A DNA stretch of 64,000 nt from Octopus sinensis (lineage: Eukaryota). Made by a program: the position numbers and the translations under genes. Below the pieces are notes generated by a model. The model had not been told where the DNA came from. It searched no databases and worked only from the letters and a program-made list of their open reading frames with translations. Each line of letters opens with the position of its first letter. Positions within the stretch are counted from its first letter, which is position 1. Where the stretch lies: the NCBI RefSeq assembly GCF_006345805.1, contig NC_043008.1:14508001-14572000 (forward strand), in the 5' to 3' direction. Shown here one piece after another: positions 61,191 to 64,000 of this stretch.

Positions 61191-64000
61191 TATAAAGAAA
61201 AGGTTGACAGGGACTTCACCAGCCTTTGATTTATATTGATTCCTTTGGGATTTGTATAGTTTTTGGTTAGAAGTTCCTTTGGTAGATGACAAAGTGAATG
61301 AGACTTAAGTGTGATGTAGGTAGACAGGGGAAATTGTTGCATAAGTATTGAGAAAAAGAAGGATAAGTGAAAAGTATGTGTTTGTTGTGTGTGGATTGAG
61401 AGAAAGAGATGTGAACCTGAAAATTTCACAAAAACAACCTTATATACAAAGAATCTTGATTAGTCACAAGAAACACTTTAACAGAAATTGTTAAGGCGGT
61501 GAGCTGGCAGAAACGTTAGCATGCCAGGCGAAATGCTTAGTCGTATTTCGTCTGTCTTTACGTTCTGAGTTCAAATTCTGCTGAGGTCGACTTTGCCTTT
61601 CGTCCTTTCGGGGTTATGCACCGAGGTCGAGGTAATCGACTTAATCCCTTTGTCTGTCCTTGTTTAGCACTTTGTGGACAATAAAGAAATAAGAAATTGT
61701 GACCTGCATTGATACATCTGTTTACTCCTTTACTTTTATGCTTGAGTGAACCTTAAATAAATAACAAAATCCACTATCAAACTAGGATACCCATCTCTAC
61801 CATCCCTTTTCTTTTTTCTCAGCTCACACCTTACTGACACATACTTTTCTCATTCCCCCTTCCAACTCAACCACTACCCCTGTCTACCTAAACCACACTG
61901 AAATCTTATTCACACTACCAGAGAAACACCCTGCCAAAAGCTATATAAAGCCAGGTAAAACCAGAATAATTATACATTCTGACAACAGCAGGTAAGATGA
62001 GACTTCAAAGTTATTGCCAATGTTTTCCTTGTAAAAATTCACATATACATATCTTTATATTTTTTCTCTCAACCACTCTCCTTTACTTTTCTTCTGATCA
62101 AGAACAACGACAAGTATATGAAGTGTCAAGACTTTCCTTTCCTTTTAAGCAATAAACTAATGCAACATTTTAAAAATTCGTCCTGTTTTTTTCAATCCTG
62201 TTGTATGGCACCTTGGAGACATATTTTTATTGTAGCTGTAGGACAAACAAATTCTTATATAATATATATATATAGTACAAAGTAAGATAGGGGTTATGAG
62301 GATAACCCACTATGGGATATCAGTTATCCAATATACTGCTGGTGAAGTACCCAAATACTAAATACATAAATGTTTATAATTGCAATGCAATTAATTCATT
62401 TATTGTATTAGATGGGCAAAGGTAAAACATTTTACCTCAAATTCATAATACAAATAAGAAAATGGAGGAACAAATTCATTTCAATCGAATTTACGGTAAA
62501 ATATTTTACCTTCACCCTATATATATATATATATATAGGTTATAAGAGGTAATGGTGTCATTGAGACCAAAATATGTCAGGCAATGCTGAATAAATGCTA
62601 TAGACAGACCATAGTTAAGTTCCAGGTTCAGTAATTTTGCAAATAAGGGGTTCAACTTTGGTTCTATGTTAGCATGTGTATATAATAATTTTTTGCGTAA
62701 TGAGATAAAAAACCAAAGCTGTATAGATATTAGAGCATTTATAGATAGAAGGTCTTACATCTGTTTCTAGGATATTTATTAATTATATCCCTTCATTGGA
62801 GACGATGTGAGAGGATGGTTAAGTCATAGTTAGTTTAGATGTGATACAAAATAGAGAGTGAGGTGGAGGAAAGAAAATAGATGCAAGATATGTATGGATA
62901 TTGAAGTTATAGATCCATTCCTTAGGCAGAATGGTATGTATGTAAGATTCCAATACCCTATGAGTAAAGTTCAAAAGTCCAAAATGGTCACTTCCAAATA
63001 TAGAGTTTGTACACAATGTAAGATTCCAATACCTATATTTGGAAGCACCCATTTTAAACTCTGTTGGACTTAGTTACAGGGACTTAAACATATCCAGCAT
63101 TGGTTGTCAAGCGATGTTGGGGGGACAAACACATACACATATATCCGACAGGCTTCTTTCAGTTTCTGTCTACCAAATCCACTCACAAGGCTTTGGTCGG
63201 CCCGAGGCTATAGTAGAGGACACTTGCCAAAGGTGCCACACAGTGGGAACGAAACCGGAACCATGTGGTTGGTAAGCAAGCTACTTACCACACAACCACT
63301 CCTGCGCCTATACAAAAACAAGGAATATACTCCTGTCATCCGGGTTCCGTCAAAATGGCGACAATAATGTGAATGAGAGGGGCTCAGTTTTTCTCTACAT
63401 ATAAACATAAATAGGATAACTGTATTTATGATGGTATTGTGTTTATTAACAAATATTAACTGTATTAAAAGTGCATCATAGTGTATGTTTATATATGTAG
63501 ATATATTTTAGATAAAGCCTTATATAATCATCAGTGGCAGAAGTTTATCTCTTAGTCGAGAATTTAGTTTCTTCTTTGCCGAATGCTTCCTTTATGGCGA
63601 AGGTGTTGATGATTCTGTAGACCAATTCTTGCATAGAAAAGTCGATGGTTTTGACGGTGGAGGATTAGGTTGATGTTGACAAGCCTTTTTTCTCCTATCA
63701 TTTGATTTCTTCCTTTCGGCAGGACTTATGTGATTTCTCATTGCTTTGCAAATGCATGTTCTTTTAATGCAATTGCACTTCATGCAAGCAGAGACAAAAC
63801 AGAAATAAAAAGAAGGCGGCGAGCTGGCAGAAACGTTTGCACGCCAGGCGAAATGCATAGCCATATTTCCTCTGCTGCTACGTTCTGAGTTCAAATTCCG
63901 CCAAGGTCAACTTTGCCTTTCATCCTTTTGGGGTCAATAAATTAAGCACTAGTTATGCACTAGGATCGATATAATCGACTTAATCCGTTTGTCTGTCCTT

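Noticed and set aside
61950-61995. TATATAAA followed by CAG|GTAAGA as a promoter and first exon
   Set aside because: Such motifs are frequent in AT-rich DNA and no downstream exon could be supported.

Overview
AT-rich, repeat-dense eukaryotic genomic DNA. Its SINE, LINE and microsatellite make-up suggests a coleoid cephalopod, probably Octopus (inference). Two host genes can be assembled by hand. (1) On the + strand, a SCO1/SCO2-family mitochondrial copper chaperone: five confident coding exons at 36376-43239 and two probable N-terminal exons at 14402-14443 and 32943-33017, about 249 aa in total. (2) On the - strand, a convergent gene (52886-49289) that appears to encode a ~154-aa protein with a single Sin3-type PAH domain. 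The rest is mostly degraded mobile DNA: RTE, R4/Dong, CR1 and Penelope retroelements, a mariner, a Helitron fragment, MITE/foldback elements and at least four tRNA-derived SINE families. Notable structures are a ~10.7-kb array of 81-bp units grown inside an RTE 3' UTR, an intact type I hammerhead ribozyme in a 353-bp direct-repeat-flanked unit within a SCO intron (retrozyme-like), palindromic Penelope-type elements with minimal hammerheads, and several template-switch insertion scars. All calls come from manual reading and translation; no database searches were run.
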